Shown piece by piece: positions 8,817 through 19,154 of a stretch of DNA of 64,000 nt (the stretch's first letter is position 1; every line of letters starts with the position of its first letter). The notes beneath the pieces are model-generated. The model was not told the DNA's origin. It was given only the letters and a program-made list of their open reading frames with translations, and did no database searches. The stretch is from the NCBI GenBank assembly GCA_044378345.1, contig JBILXS010000010.1, forward strand, positions 29,670 to 93,669, given 5' to 3'. This stretch comes from Flavobacterium sp. (GTDB taxonomy: Bacteria; Bacteroidota; Bacteroidia; Flavobacteriales; Flavobacteriaceae). Made by a program: the position numbers and the translations under genes.

Positions 8817-10067
8817 ATGGCTTATTTATTTACGTCGGAATCAGTGAGTGAAGGACATCCAGACAAAGTAGCAGATCAAATTTCGGATGCATTAATTGAC
8901 AACTTTATGGCGTTCGATCCAAAATCGAAAGTGGCCTGTGAAACTTTGGTTACTACTGGCCAAGTAATTTTGGCGGGCGAAGTAAAATCAGACACCTATT
9001 TAGATGTTCAAAATATCGCAAGAGAGGTTATCAGAAAGATTGGCTACACGAAAAGCGAATATATGTTTGAAGCTGATTCTTGTGGTGTTCTTTCAGCTAT
9101 TCATGAGCAATCCTCAGACATCAATCAAGGTGTTGAAAGAGCCAACCCTGAAGAGCAAGGTGCAGGTGATCAGGGAATGATGTTCGGCTATGCAACAAAT
9201 GAAACGCAAAACTTTATGCCATTGGCGTTAGACCTCTCCCATGCCCTTTTGATTGAATTGGCGAATTTGAGAAGAGAAAATAATGAAATTACCTATTTAC
9301 GTCCAGATGCAAAATCGCAGGTGACACTAGAATACTCTGACGACAACAAGCCAGTGCGTATTGATGCTATTGTGATTTCTACGCAACATGATGATTTTGA
9401 TGAGGAAACGAAAATGTTGGCTAAAATTAATAGCGATTTAGTTTCGATATTGATTCCAAGAGTAAAAACAAAATATCCGGAATACGCGCATTTGTTTAAT
9501 GATAAAATACAATACCACATCAATCCAACCGGTAAATTTGTAATTGGTGGACCTCATGGCGATACTGGATTAACAGGAAGAAAAATCATTGTGGATACTT
9601 ATGGTGGAAAAGGGGCTCACGGTGGTGGCGCATTTTCTGGGAAAGACCCAAGTAAAGTAGATAGAAGTGCTGCTTATGCTACGCGTCACATTGCAAAGAA
9701 CTTAGTAGCTGCAGGTGTTGCCGATGAAATATTAGTACAGGTTTCCTATGCCATTGGCGTAGCCCAGCCGATGGGAATTTTTGTAGATACTTATGGAACT
9801 GCGAAGGTAAATATGACTAATGGTGAGATTGCGAAAAAAGTAGAAGCGATTTTTGATATGCGCCCTTATTTTATAGAGCAAAGATTAAAATTGAGAAATC
9901 CTATTTACAGCGAAACCGCAGCTTACGGACATATGGGAAGAACCCCCGAAACGGTTACAAAAAGTTTTAAAGCGCCAGGTGGTGCAGAAAAAACAATAAC
10001 TGTAGAATTGTTTACTTGGGAAAAATTAGACTACGTAGACAAAGTGAAAGCGGCGTTTGGTATTTAA
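8817..10067 (+). CDS. metK: S-adenosylmethionine synthetase
   Basis: [28 protein letters not shown]. Confidence 0.98.
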   Translation: MAYLFTSESVSEGHPDKVADQISDALIDNFMAFDPKSKVACETLVTTGQVILAGEVKSDTYLDVQNIAREVIRKIGYTKSEYMFEADSCGVLSAIHEQSSDINQGVERANPEEQGAGDQGMMFGYATNETQNFMPLALDLSHALLIELANLRRENNEITYLRPDAKSQVTLEYSDDNKPVRIDAIVISTQHDDFDEETKMLAKINSDLVSILIPRVKTKYPEYAHLFNDKIQYHINPTGKFVIGGPHGDTGLTGRKIIVDTYGGKGAHGGGAFSGKDPSKVDRSAAYATRHIAKNLVAAGVADEILVQVSYAIGVAQPMGIFVDTYGTAKVNMTNGEIAKKVEAIFDMRPYFIEQRLKLRNPIYSETAAYGHMGRTPETVTKSFKAPGGAEKTITVELFTWEKLDYVDKVKAAFGI

Positions 10068-10108
10068 CCTTTAGTAAAAAATACAGCGCCAAAGAGTGCA
10101 AATTAAAT

Positions 10109-10139
10109 CCCTGACTACATTTGAAGTCAGGGTTTTTTT
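10109..10139 (+). terminator. Intrinsic terminator after metK
   Basis: ccctgact/agtcaggg stem plus T7. Confidence 0.8.
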
Positions 10140-10222
10140 AGACCCAAAGGCAGCGGCATCCTTTTAATGCTGAACTCGTTTGCGCATAAAAAAATAGAGC
10201 GAACCTCGGAGCCTGAGCTCTC
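10138..10222 (+). repeat. Palindromic intergenic element, family A (degenerate)
   Basis: tagacccaaaggcagcggcatcc-[ttttaatgctgaactcgtttgcgcataaaaa]-aatagagcgaacc. Confidence 0.65.
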
Positions 10223-10319
10223 TAAAGAGAAAATCGACGAAGCAAATAGTTCCATCAAACTATAGAAAAGAATTGACACATCCGTTTGATTCGAGAGCGA
10301 ATAATTGTAAATTCGCTTT

Positions 10320-11099
10320 ATGAAAAAAATTTCATATCTATTTTTGTTGCTATTCTTAACCCCTGCGTTTGCGCAAAAACCGCAATTGATAGGTAAAACG
10401 GAACTTATAGCAGATTCCTTCTGGGGTTATGATGCTCTAGGTGCGTTTTATTCTGTAACCAACAATGTCTTGACCAAACAAATGGGAGAACAAAAGTGGC
10501 AGTACAAGAACCCGCAATTGGGTAAAATTGCTAAAATAGACTTGCAAAATCCCTTGAAAATTGTCTTGTTTTATCAAAATTTCAATACTGTAATTATAGT
10601 TGATAATCAGTTGAATGAGTTATCGAATATCAATCTTAATGATTCTGAAAATCCGATTGTTCCCCTTGCAATTGGACTGGCAGCAGGAAACAGACTTTGG
10701 ATATATAACAATTTGACTCTAAAGATTGGTCTTTATGATTATGCGAAGCGTGAACTGAAAAATCTGACGGTGCCTTTTCCCAATAATGTGCGACATTACG
10801 TTTCTGATTTTAACTTTATTTATTGGGTAGATGAATTGGGCAATAACTATCGATGTGATGTCTATGGTAAAACTACGCTACTGGGATTTATTGAAGCTAG
10901 CGAACAAATTTCTTGGATGTCTGATTCGGTATTGGTATATAAAAAAGGAGGAAGTTTGTACGAATATTGCCTGAAAGATCAAAAAACAACTCTGCTGGAA
11001 ATAGAAGAAAAAACCTTTAAAAATTTTACCATTAAAGACCAAATTTTATCTATTTTTACAGACCACGGAATTACGAATTATAAAATAGCAGTACCATAA
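10320..11099 (+). CDS. Exported hypothetical protein (possible beta-propeller), coupled to the deoxynucleoside kinase gene
   Basis: Signal peptide; stop overlaps next ATG (TAATG). Confidence 0.75.
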   Translation: MKKISYLFLLLFLTPAFAQKPQLIGKTELIADSFWGYDALGAFYSVTNNVLTKQMGEQKWQYKNPQLGKIAKIDLQNPLKIVLFYQNFNTVIIVDNQLNELSNINLNDSENPIVPLAIGLAAGNRLWIYNNLTLKIGLYDYAKRELKNLTVPFPNNVRHYVSDFNFIYWVDELGNNYRCDVYGKTTLLGFIEASEQISWMSDSVLVYKKGGSLYEYCLKDQKTTLLEIEEKTFKNFTIKDQILSIFTDHGITNYKIAVP

Positions 11100-11713
11100 T
11101 GCACATAGCAGTAGCAGGAAATATAGGAGCGGGAAAAACGACACTTACCCGTTTGTTGGCGAAACAATTTAAATGGGAACCTCATTTTGAGGATGTTGTT
11201 GACAATCCCTATCTCGATGATTTTTACCATCAAATGGAACGGTGGTCTTTTAACTTACAGATTTATTTTTTGAATAGCCGTTTTCGTCAAATTTTACAGA
11301 TTCGTGAAAGCGGAAAAAAGATCATTCAAGACAGGACTATTTATGAAGATGCTCACATTTTTGCTCCGAACTTACATGCGATGGGATTAATGACCAATCG
11401 TGACTTCGAAAACTATAGGTCGCTATTTGAGTTAATGGAATCCTTGGTTGAAGCTCCTGACATGTTGATTTACTTACGAAGTTCCATTCCAAATTTAGTT
11501 TCTCAGATTCACAAGCGTGGACGAGAATACGAAAATTCTATTTCTATTGATTATTTGAGTAGGCTGAATGAACGCTACGAGGCTTGGATTCACTCCTACA
11601 ATAAAGGTAAATTACTTGTAATTGACGTTGATAATATTGATTTTGTAAACAACCCTGAAGACTTGGGTATGATTTTAAATAAGATCAATGCAGAACTAAA
11701 CGGACTATTTTAA
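11099..11713 (+). CDS. Deoxynucleoside kinase
   Basis: AGNIGAGKTT P-loop, QDRTIYED. Confidence 0.93.
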   Translation: MHIAVAGNIGAGKTTLTRLLAKQFKWEPHFEDVVDNPYLDDFYHQMERWSFNLQIYFLNSRFRQILQIRESGKKIIQDRTIYEDAHIFAPNLHAMGLMTNRDFENYRSLFELMESLVEAPDMLIYLRSSIPNLVSQIHKRGREYENSISIDYLSRLNERYEAWIHSYNKGKLLVIDVDNIDFVNNPEDLGMILNKINAELNGLF

Positions 11714-11715
11714 AT

Positions 11716-12204
11716 TTACGCCGACTCTAATTTTATTCTAAATCTTTCAATCTGTCGGCGGTGTCTTACCACATCTAGTACAGCATGTTCCATCATTTGT
11801 TCGATGTCGTAAACAACTCCCCAAGGAGTCCTAATTTTTTTCTTCGCATCAAACTCTTCCAGTTCATCGTCTTGGATACTATGAAATGTTTGATCTGTAT
11901 ACGCTATTAAATCAGTCAGATCATTATGGTATTCAATAGCGGACATTTTTGTCATTTTCCCAGGACGATTATCAGTGATTTTTTTTAGCTTTCTAATATA
12001 ACCCGCATAAGAATAACCAGAACTAATTACATCCGTTAAAATGTTTTGAATCGACTGCTGTTTCGCGCCTGTAGTTTCAGTATCTACTAACGTGCTCAAG
12101 CTTTCAAAAGATATGTTTGCAATTACTTTTTGGAAAGCAATTACAACGTTTTTGTATTCGGCAAGCATTGCTTTAACGGCGTATCTATTATTTTCTTGAT
12201 CCAT
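11716..12204 (-). CDS. DinB-superfamily protein
   Basis: WG..YDIEQMMEHA....RHRRQI C-terminal pattern. Confidence 0.7.
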   Translation of the reverse strand: MDQENNRYAVKAMLAEYKNVVIAFQKVIANISFESLSTLVDTETTGAKQQSIQNILTDVISSGYSYAGYIRKLKKITDNRPGKMTKMSAIEYHNDLTDLIAYTDQTFHSIQDDELEEFDAKKKIRTPWGVVYDIEQMMEHAVLDVVRHRRQIERFRIKLESA

Positions 12205-12308
12205 TTAAGCCAAATGAAATATTGAAGTATTGAGTTTATCTCGGAAGCTAATATAGCAATTAGATTAAAACGCAATTCTAATATGTAAATAAAATATTAA
12301 CAGCATTT

Positions 12309-12350
12309 ATAACGAAAAAAGCCTTGCAATTGCAAGGCTTTTTTCGTTAT
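12309..12350. terminator. Perfect 42-nt palindrome acting as terminator downstream of hppA
   Basis: ataacgaaaaaagccttgcaa|ttgcaaggcttttttcgttat. Confidence 0.8.
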
Positions 12351-12360
12351 GAATAGCAAC

Positions 12361-14928
12361 TTATTTCAGGGCGTCTACTTTCGCTTTCACTTCAGCTTCC
12401 GTCCCTTCAAAAGTTTGAGTAGCTGCAGTGCCATTTACGGTTGTTGTAACCGTCGCTTTTGCTTTACCATTAGTATTGATGATTTCTACACGAACATTTT
12501 TCTGCATTTCAGGCATTGCTGTTTCTTTATCTGCACAACACGCTTTTTTTGCAGGCGCAACAAATTTCCCGTTCGCATCATAATGAGACAAGCACATTTC
12601 TTTTTCTTCTGGAGAACAACCTAAGCTATCACACATTTGTGCGCATTCCTCTTTAGTCATTTCAGCACATTTGCTCATATCGCATTTGCCCATCATATCA
12701 CCATCACATTCCATTTTCATTTCCATTTTGACCATTTTTGTTGATGCATCATGGCTACCATTCCCTAAAATTGGTGCTATCACCAATCCTATTAAGCAAG
12801 TCAATTTGATTAAGATGTTCATTGAAGGTCCAGAAGTATCTTTAAATGGATCCCCAACTGTATCTCCAGTTACCGCAGCTTTGTGAGCGTCTGAACCTTT
12901 GAAAGTCATTTCACCATTGATCATTACTCCTGCTTCGAAAGATTTCTTCGCATTATCCCAAGCACCACCAGCATTATTTTGGAATACCGCCCAAAGCACA
13001 CCAGAAACCGTTACACCTGCCATATAACCACCTAACATTTCAGCAATCAATTGGTTGTTGTCACCGTAAACTAATTTTCCTAACAATACAATTGCAATTG
13101 GGAAACCGATAGTCATAATTCCAGGCAACATCATTTCACGCAAGGCAGCTTTCGTTGAAATCTCTACACATTTACCGTATTCTGGTTTTCCAGTTCCTTC
13201 CATGATTCCTGGAATTTCCTTAAACTGACGGCGCACTTCATATACCATATCCATCGCAGCTTTTCCAACCGAATTCATTGCCAAAGCAGAGAAAACTACT
13301 GGTATCATTCCACCCACAAACAACATCGCTAAAACCGGTGCTTTAAAAATATTTATTCCGTCAATTCCTGTAAATGTAACATAAGCAGCAAACAACGCTA
13401 GAGAAGTCAATGCCGCTGAAGCGATTGCAAATCCTTTTCCAGTTGCAGCCGTTGTATTTCCAACAGAATCTAAAATATCTGTACGGGTACGAACTTCTTT
13501 TGGTAATTCGCTCATTTCGGCAATTCCACCAGCATTATCTGAGATTGGTCCAAATGCGTCAATAGCCAACTGCATTGCTGTAGTTGCCATCATCGCTGAT
13601 GCCGCCAATGCTACACCATAAAATCCTGCTAATGCGTAAGACGCCCAGATAGCACCTGCAAACAATAGTACGGTTGGGAACGTTGAAATCATTCCAGTTG
13701 CTAAACCAGCGATTACGTTAGTTCCTGCACCTGTTGATGATTTTTGAACGATTGCCAATACAGGTTTTGTACCCAATCCTGTATAATATTCCGTAACTGA
13801 AGAAATTGCTCCACCCACAATCAATCCGATAATTGTAGCATAAAAAACTCTCATTGAAGATATGTCTTGCAAACCTTCTCCGAAGAATTCCATTTTCATT
13901 GTAGCTGGCAACATCATTTGTACCAGGAAGAAACAAGCGATTGCAGTCAAGATGATTGAAACCCAGTTACCGATATTCAACGCTTTTTGAACTTGTGCTT
14001 CTTTTGCGTTATCGTCAGTAATTTTTACCAACATTGTTCCGATGATAGAAAATAGTATTCCAAAACCAGCAATTGCCATTGGCAATAAAATTGGCCCAAT
14101 ACCACCGAAAGCATCTTGAATGTTTCCACCCATATCTTTAATCACGTAGTTACCTAAAACCATCGCGGCTAAAACAGTCGCAACGTATGATCCGAATAAA
14201 TCGGCACCCATACCGGCAACGTCTCCAACATTGTCTCCCACGTTATCCGCAATTGTAGCAGGATTACGCGGATCATCTTCTGGAATTCCGGCTTCGACTT
14301 TACCTACTAAATCCGCTCCTACGTCGGCTGCTTTGGTATAAATACCACCACCTACTCTGGCGAACAAAGCAATTGATTCCGCTCCTAAAGAGAATCCCGC
14401 TAAAGTTTCTAACACAATAGTCATTTGTTCGGTTGATGTCCAAACACCACCCATAAAATAGTTGTAAAAGAAAATGAAGAAACCCGTCAATCCTAAAACA
14501 GCCAAACCAGCAACACCCAATCCCATTACTGTGCCGCCGCCGAATGAAACTTTCAAAGCTTGTGGCAAACTTGTACGCGCTGCTTGTGTTGTGCGGACAT
14601 TCGTTTTGGTTGCGATCTTCATTCCCATATTTCCGGCCAAAGCAGAAAAGAAAGCTCCGAAAACAAAAGCTACTACAATTAAAATATTAGTTGTTGGCAC
14701 AACAAATGAAATTCCAGCTAAAACAACACTTGCAATCAAAACAAATATCGCTAATAAACGGTATTCAGCTTTCAAGAAAGCTAAAGCGCCTTCATAAATG
14801 TAATCTGAAATTTCTTTCATTTTACCATCTCCAGCATCTTGTTTTAAAACCCAAGCTCTTTTGTATGCCATAAATAGCAATCCAACTAACGCCATTATTA
14901 TTGGCACATAAATCATCATTGATTCCAT
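12361..14928 (-). CDS. hppA: K+-dependent membrane-bound cation-translocating pyrophosphatase (probably H+-pumping, Flavobacterium type)
   Basis: DVGADLVGKVE, DNVGDNVGD, GNTTAA, GDTVGDPFKD; start moved to ATG 14928 (MESMM), downstream of a TACTTTTG -7 box at 14962-14969. Confidence 0.93.
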   Translation of the reverse strand: MESMMIYVPIIMALVGLLFMAYKRAWVLKQDAGDGKMKEISDYIYEGALAFLKAEYRLLAIFVLIASVVLAGISFVVPTTNILIVVAFVFGAFFSALAGNMGMKIATKTNVRTTQAARTSLPQALKVSFGGGTVMGLGVAGLAVLGLTGFFIFFYNYFMGGVWTSTEQMTIVLETLAGFSLGAESIALFARVGGGIYTKAADVGADLVGKVEAGIPEDDPRNPATIADNVGDNVGDVAGMGADLFGSYVATVLAAMVLGNYVIKDMGGNIQDAFGGIGPILLPMAIAGFGILFSIIGTMLVKITDDNAKEAQVQKALNIGNWVSIILTAIACFFLVQMMLPATMKMEFFGEGLQDISSMRVFYATIIGLIVGGAISSVTEYYTGLGTKPVLAIVQKSSTGAGTNVIAGLATGMISTFPTVLLFAGAIWASYALAGFYGVALAASAMMATTAMQLAIDAFGPISDNAGGIAEMSELPKEVRTRTDILDSVGNTTAATGKGFAIASAALTSLALFAAYVTFTGIDGINIFKAPVLAMLFVGGMIPVVFSALAMNSVGKAAMDMVYEVRRQFKEIPGIMEGTGKPEYGKCVEISTKAALREMMLPGIMTIGFPIAIVLLGKLVYGDNNQLIAEMLGGYMAGVTVSGVLWAVFQNNAGGAWDNAKKSFEAGVMINGEMTFKGSDAHKAAVTGDTVGDPFKDTSGPSMNILIKLTCLIGLVIAPILGNGSHDASTKMVKMEMKMECDGDMMGKCDMSKCAEMTKEECAQMCDSLGCSPEEKEMCLSHYDANGKFVAPAKKACCADKETAMPEMQKNVRVEIINTNGKAKATVTTTVNGTAATQTFEGTEAEVKAKVDALK

Positions 14929-15010
14929 AAATATAATTTTTGTTATAAATTTTATCGGTGGCAAAAGTAACAAAACATTAACAAAAAACAAGTATCTCAC
15001 TTGATTATTG

Positions 15011-15382
15011 TTACGTGTTGCTATTATTCAAGAAGTTGTAGGAGATCTTTCTGTATCTTTTCTGTAAATAGCGCTGCCACAACAAAAAAGTAGCGTAAGA
15101 ACGATACGGACTCCATTTCTCCGTGTACAAAATCATTTCTTCTTTGTTGTGAATGCCAAACAATTCTTTTATTGTTGTTTGCACCGCGACATCTCCGATG
15201 GGAAGAATAGCTGGATTCTGCGATGAAAACATCAAATAAACACCGATGGTGCAACACCCGATTCCTTTAATTTTTATAAGTTGATCTCTCACCTCAACAA
15301 CTGTCTTTCTTGGCAAACCATCTAGAGACAAGTCTTTATTCATAATGGTTTTCGCAAGTCCTGCTGAGTAATCTACTTTTTG
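15011..15382 (-). pseudogene. 5'-truncated DNA-3-methyladenine glycosylase (AlkA, HhH-GPD) remnant
   Basis: QKVDY..GLA..I, LIKIKGIG HhH, P.GD.AV and WSPYRSYA motifs; N-terminal half absent, in-frame TGA then a palindromic element upstream. Confidence 0.75.
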
Positions 15383-15395
15383 TCAAGTTGGGTTT

Positions 15396-15488
15396 TAGCC
15401 CAGATGGCAGCGGCATCCTTTTGTGGTGGCTTTCACCGCAAAAGATATAGCATACAGCTGGCTTAAGCTACTGAAATAAATTGAGGAT
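15396..15488 (+). repeat. Palindromic intergenic element, family A
   Basis: tagcccagatggcagcggcatcc-[ttttgtggtg..caccgcaaaa]-gatatagcatacagctggcttaagcta ctgaaataaattgagga. Confidence 0.8.
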
Positions 15489-15493
15489 AATTC

Positions 15494-17974
15494 CTAGAAA
15501 TAAAAACCAATAGCGGCTTTCACCGTAAACCGATTTGCTCCGGGCATTTCCAGATAATTTCCGCGCCACGAGAAATCGATCCGCAACACTTTGAAGATAT
15601 TCCCCACACCAGCACTGTATTCCCAGTAGAATTTTTCCGGAGCATTATATATCAATCCCGAATCGTTAAGCGCTATATTTTCGTCAGATACGGTTCCGTA
15701 AACTCCTCTGAACCCAACAATTTCTCGCCAATTTAACTTGCGCAAGAACGGAACTCGGGCAAATATTTTTCCCTGAAAATTATGAATCCATTGAAAAGTA
15801 GCATATTCGTCTGTGACAAATTCGTAGAAATCTAAATTATTGAAAGTGTTTTCAATCGTGAAATACGTTTGATTTCCTGGAACTACACTCAGCAAACCTA
15901 ACGGCACTTTTCCGTAAGTTTTTCCGACTTCGGTAATTAAGTTAGTCCTGCCTATTGCACCGATTACAATGGGCTGGTTATAGTAGATTTGGAATTTGTT
16001 GTATGAAAAATCTCCATTCATAAAACCTTTATAACCTCGGCTGTAATTGGCAAATACTTTAGTATATGGATTGTCAACTATATTTCGCTCTACGCCGTAT
16101 CCAACGGTTTTTCTTTTGGGCGTAAAATCGACTTGTAAGCTCAATTCTGGCTGAATGACATCGCTTTTTGTTTTTGTAAATGTGTTGTCAGTAAAATAAT
16201 CCAAACTAAAAGTCGGAGATGCAGAAATTAGCGTTCGGTAGGTAAATCCAGCCTGTAGCGTCAAATTCTTTATTGGCTCTATTTCCAATTTTAAAGCGGT
16301 CAAATTGATTTTGGTTAGCTTTCCATTTGTACCGGTGGTCAGTAAAGCAGATGAAGCAAAACTTCTGCCTAAGATATCGCTTGTTGTTGTGAGACTGGCA
16401 CCTATTTGTTCTACATCGCGGCGGTTTCCTCCCGAAATAATAATTCTATTTTTCTTCTCCACCATCCATTTTCCAGAAAGTCCATATTTGACTACATCAT
16501 CTTTAAATCCGTAGGCGAGATAACCTTCCAAACGCCATGGATCATTTGAATCGAAATAGGTACGCAATCCTGCCCGCAGTCGAATTCCTTCCACATCGTT
16601 GTTTCCGATTGTAGAATAAATGGAACCGTACTCGACATTTCCTAGTGGAACGTAACCACTTCCGATAATCGAAACGAGATCGTAAAGCCGCTTGAACTTC
16701 TTAACCGTTTTCAATGTATCAAGCATTTTATATACGCCTAACTCGTCTTTCGAAAGCTTTTCAAAACGGTTTTCAGCCCAATACTCGTCTGGCTTTAAAT
16801 AAACAGATTCATCATTATAATTTACCTCTTGCTTGTAGAAATCGATTGGCTTTTCCTTATTAAATTGATGATTTCTAAAGTAAGTCGTTCGCTTCCCGTA
16901 AACACCTTTTGATTTTTCTTTCTTGTTAAGCGCAAAATCGGACATCATATAATCTTTGGTGAGGAGAAAAATAGAGTCGTTCATGACCTCGAACTCTTGC
17001 TCGATGTAAATGTCTTTCACCCAGTTGATATTAGCACTTTTTGTCACCGCCATATTGATATTTTTGATAGCCCAAGTGGTATCGTTTACCCAAAAATCGC
17101 CTTTAAAGGTCAACTCGTTTTTTCGTCTAGGATAGAAGACAATGTTATAACACAATTTTTTATCGATATAAGCGGTGTCAGTTAAGACGTAGTTGTAGAC
17201 GTCGATTCCGGTGCGGGACAATGGACTGGTAAAACTCTTATCAAAAAAAGTCACATAATTATTGTAGATATTGTAATCAGAATAGAGGTCTTTGATAAAG
17301 GCGATCAATTGTTGGTTGGTTTCAAAACCTGAATTCTTGTTGGCTTTCAGAATTTCTTTGACTTTTTTCTGCACATTATCTCCATAGACATCCGACAAAG
17401 CTTCATTGATAAAAATCGGCAAATACGTTTTTCCGGTAATTTTTGAGGTGTCGACTTGATTGAAAATAAACTCCATGCCCTTAAAGATCTTTCTCTTCAT
17501 AAAAGCACTGTCGATGGAATTCATATCAAATTCTACTTTCTCATACTTTTCCATTTGATACTGGTTAAACATATTCAAACCGTTCTTTCGCTTGCGCTCC
17601 CAAATTTTGCGAAGAATGTCAAGTGCTGGATTATTTTTTTTGGAGGTCTTTCCGGAATAAACAACTACTTCTTTGAGTTTTTGTCCGTCGCTGAGCGTGA
17701 CTTTAAAATTGTAGTTGACTTCTTTGGTCAGCGGCACTTCTTTGGTGTCAAAACCCATAAATGAAACTTGCAGGGTTTTGTATGTTTTTTCAGATTCAAG
17801 ATAAAACTTACCATCTTCGTTCGTCACCGTTCCTTGTGTAGAATTTTTGAAGACAACATTAGCATAAGGAATAGGCTGATTGGTATTATCTACAACAATG
17901 CCGCTCACTTTGGTTTGAGCCAATATTTTTGGTGATAAAATGATCAATAATAATAAAAATAAACTCTTTTTCAT
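15494..17974 (-). CDS. DUF5686 and carboxypeptidase-regulatory-like domain outer-membrane protein
   Basis: N-terminal VSGIVVD...PIPYANV...GTVTNEDGKF domain, C-terminal beta-barrel ending in F; start moved to ATG 17974. Confidence 0.85.
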   Translation of the reverse strand: MKKSLFLLLLIILSPKILAQTKVSGIVVDNTNQPIPYANVVFKNSTQGTVTNEDGKFYLESEKTYKTLQVSFMGFDTKEVPLTKEVNYNFKVTLSDGQKLKEVVVYSGKTSKKNNPALDILRKIWERKRKNGLNMFNQYQMEKYEKVEFDMNSIDSAFMKRKIFKGMEFIFNQVDTSKITGKTYLPIFINEALSDVYGDNVQKKVKEILKANKNSGFETNQQLIAFIKDLYSDYNIYNNYVTFFDKSFTSPLSRTGIDVYNYVLTDTAYIDKKLCYNIVFYPRRKNELTFKGDFWVNDTTWAIKNINMAVTKSANINWVKDIYIEQEFEVMNDSIFLLTKDYMMSDFALNKKEKSKGVYGKRTTYFRNHQFNKEKPIDFYKQEVNYNDESVYLKPDEYWAENRFEKLSKDELGVYKMLDTLKTVKKFKRLYDLVSIIGSGYVPLGNVEYGSIYSTIGNNDVEGIRLRAGLRTYFDSNDPWRLEGYLAYGFKDDVVKYGLSGKWMVEKKNRIIISGGNRRDVEQIGASLTTTSDILGRSFASSALLTTGTNGKLTKINLTALKLEIEPIKNLTLQAGFTYRTLISASPTFSLDYFTDNTFTKTKSDVIQPELSLQVDFTPKRKTVGYGVERNIVDNPYTKVFANYSRGYKGFMNGDFSYNKFQIYYNQPIVIGAIGRTNLITEVGKTYGKVPLGLLSVVPGNQTYFTIENTFNNLDFYEFVTDEYATFQWIHNFQGKIFARVPFLRKLNWREIVGFRGVYGTVSDENIALNDSGLIYNAPEKFYWEYSAGVGNIFKVLRIDFSWRGNYLEMPGANRFTVKAAIGFYF

Positions 17975-18043
17975 AGGACAAAAAAACTCCATCAAAAATA
18001 ACTTGATGAAGTTTCAAATATAAGGTTTTCAATTTGATTATTG

Positions 18044-18107
18044 GACTGTAAGATTATAAGATTCTGCAGTCTTAAAGTCTTGTGATCTTACAATCTTATG
18101 ATCTTAT
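18044..18107. repeat. Inverted pair of AAGATTGT-type octamer arrays overlapping the pdhB stop
   Basis: gactgtaa gattataa gatt ctgc agtcttaa agtcttgt gatcttac aatcttat gatcttat. Confidence 0.8.
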
Positions 18108-19081
18108 TTATACATCACTTTTTTAACCGCCTTAATCACATCCTCCGAATTCGGCAACCATTCCTTCAATAAAGTTGGAGAATAAGGTGCTGGCGTATCC
18201 GCAGTTGTAATCCTCTGAATAGGAGCATCCAAGAAATCGAAAGCGCGTTCCTGTACAATATACGTTATTTCAGAAGCCACACTAGCAAAAGGCCAAGCTT
18301 CTTCTAAAACCACAAGTCTGTTGGTTTTCTTTACTGAATTCAAAATAGCATCATAATCCATTGGGCGCACCGTCCGCAAGTCGATTATTTCACATGAAAT
18401 TCCCTCATTTGCCAAAGCATCTGCAGCAATATGTGCTTCTTTGATAATTTTGCCAAATGACACAATCGTTACATCAGTTCCTTCTCTTTTAATATCAGCA
18501 ACTCCTAATGGAATCGTATAATCTCCTTCCGGCACTTCTCCTTTGTCGCCATACATCTGCTCAGACTCCATGAAAATTACTGGGTCGTTGTCGCGAATAG
18601 CAGCTTTTAGCAAACCCTTTGCGTCATAAACGGTTGATGGCACTACAACCTTCAATCCAGGCGTGTTCGCAAACCAATTCTCAAATGCCTGAGAGTGTGT
18701 TGCTCCCAACTGTCCTGCAGAAGCAGTTGGCCCACGAAAAACCATCGGCATCGGAAATTGTCCCGCTGACATTTGACGCATTTTTGCTGCGTTGTTAATA
18801 ATCTGATCAATTCCTACCAACGAAAAGTTAAACGTCATATATTCTACTATTGGTCGACAGCCATTCATCGCTGAACCCACTGCAATCCCAGCAAAACCAA
18901 GCTCTGCAATTGGTGTATCAATGACTCTTTTTGGTCCGAATTCGTCTAACATTCCTTTCGATGCTTTGTATGCACCGTTATATTCCGCAACTTCCTCGCC
19001 CATCAAATACACCGATTCGTCACGGCGCATTTCTTCACTCATCGCCTCACAAATTGCTTCTCTAAATTGTATCGTTCTCAT
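18104..19081 (-). CDS. pdhB: Pyruvate dehydrogenase E1 beta subunit
   Basis: GEEVAEYNGAYK, DTPIAE, HSQ motifs. Confidence 0.96.
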   Translation of the reverse strand: MRTIQFREAICEAMSEEMRRDESVYLMGEEVAEYNGAYKASKGMLDEFGPKRVIDTPIAELGFAGIAVGSAMNGCRPIVEYMTFNFSLVGIDQIINNAAKMRQMSAGQFPMPMVFRGPTASAGQLGATHSQAFENWFANTPGLKVVVPSTVYDAKGLLKAAIRDNDPVIFMESEQMYGDKGEVPEGDYTIPLGVADIKREGTDVTIVSFGKIIKEAHIAADALANEGISCEIIDLRTVRPMDYDAILNSVKKTNRLVVLEEAWPFASVASEITYIVQERAFDFLDAPIQRITTADTPAPYSPTLLKEWLPNSEDVIKAVKKVMYK

Positions 19082-19154
19082 AGTATTTTCAAATTTTGAA
19101 CAGCAAAAATAAATATTTTAAACAACTAAAAGCACAAATTGTAGGTATTTTATT

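Noticed and set aside
14929-15000. Extended N-termini given by the ORF track (hppA, metH', GNAT, gpmI, pruA, DegT and others)
   Set aside because: Extensions run through promoter or AT-rich leader sequence; downstream ATGs give family-typical starts
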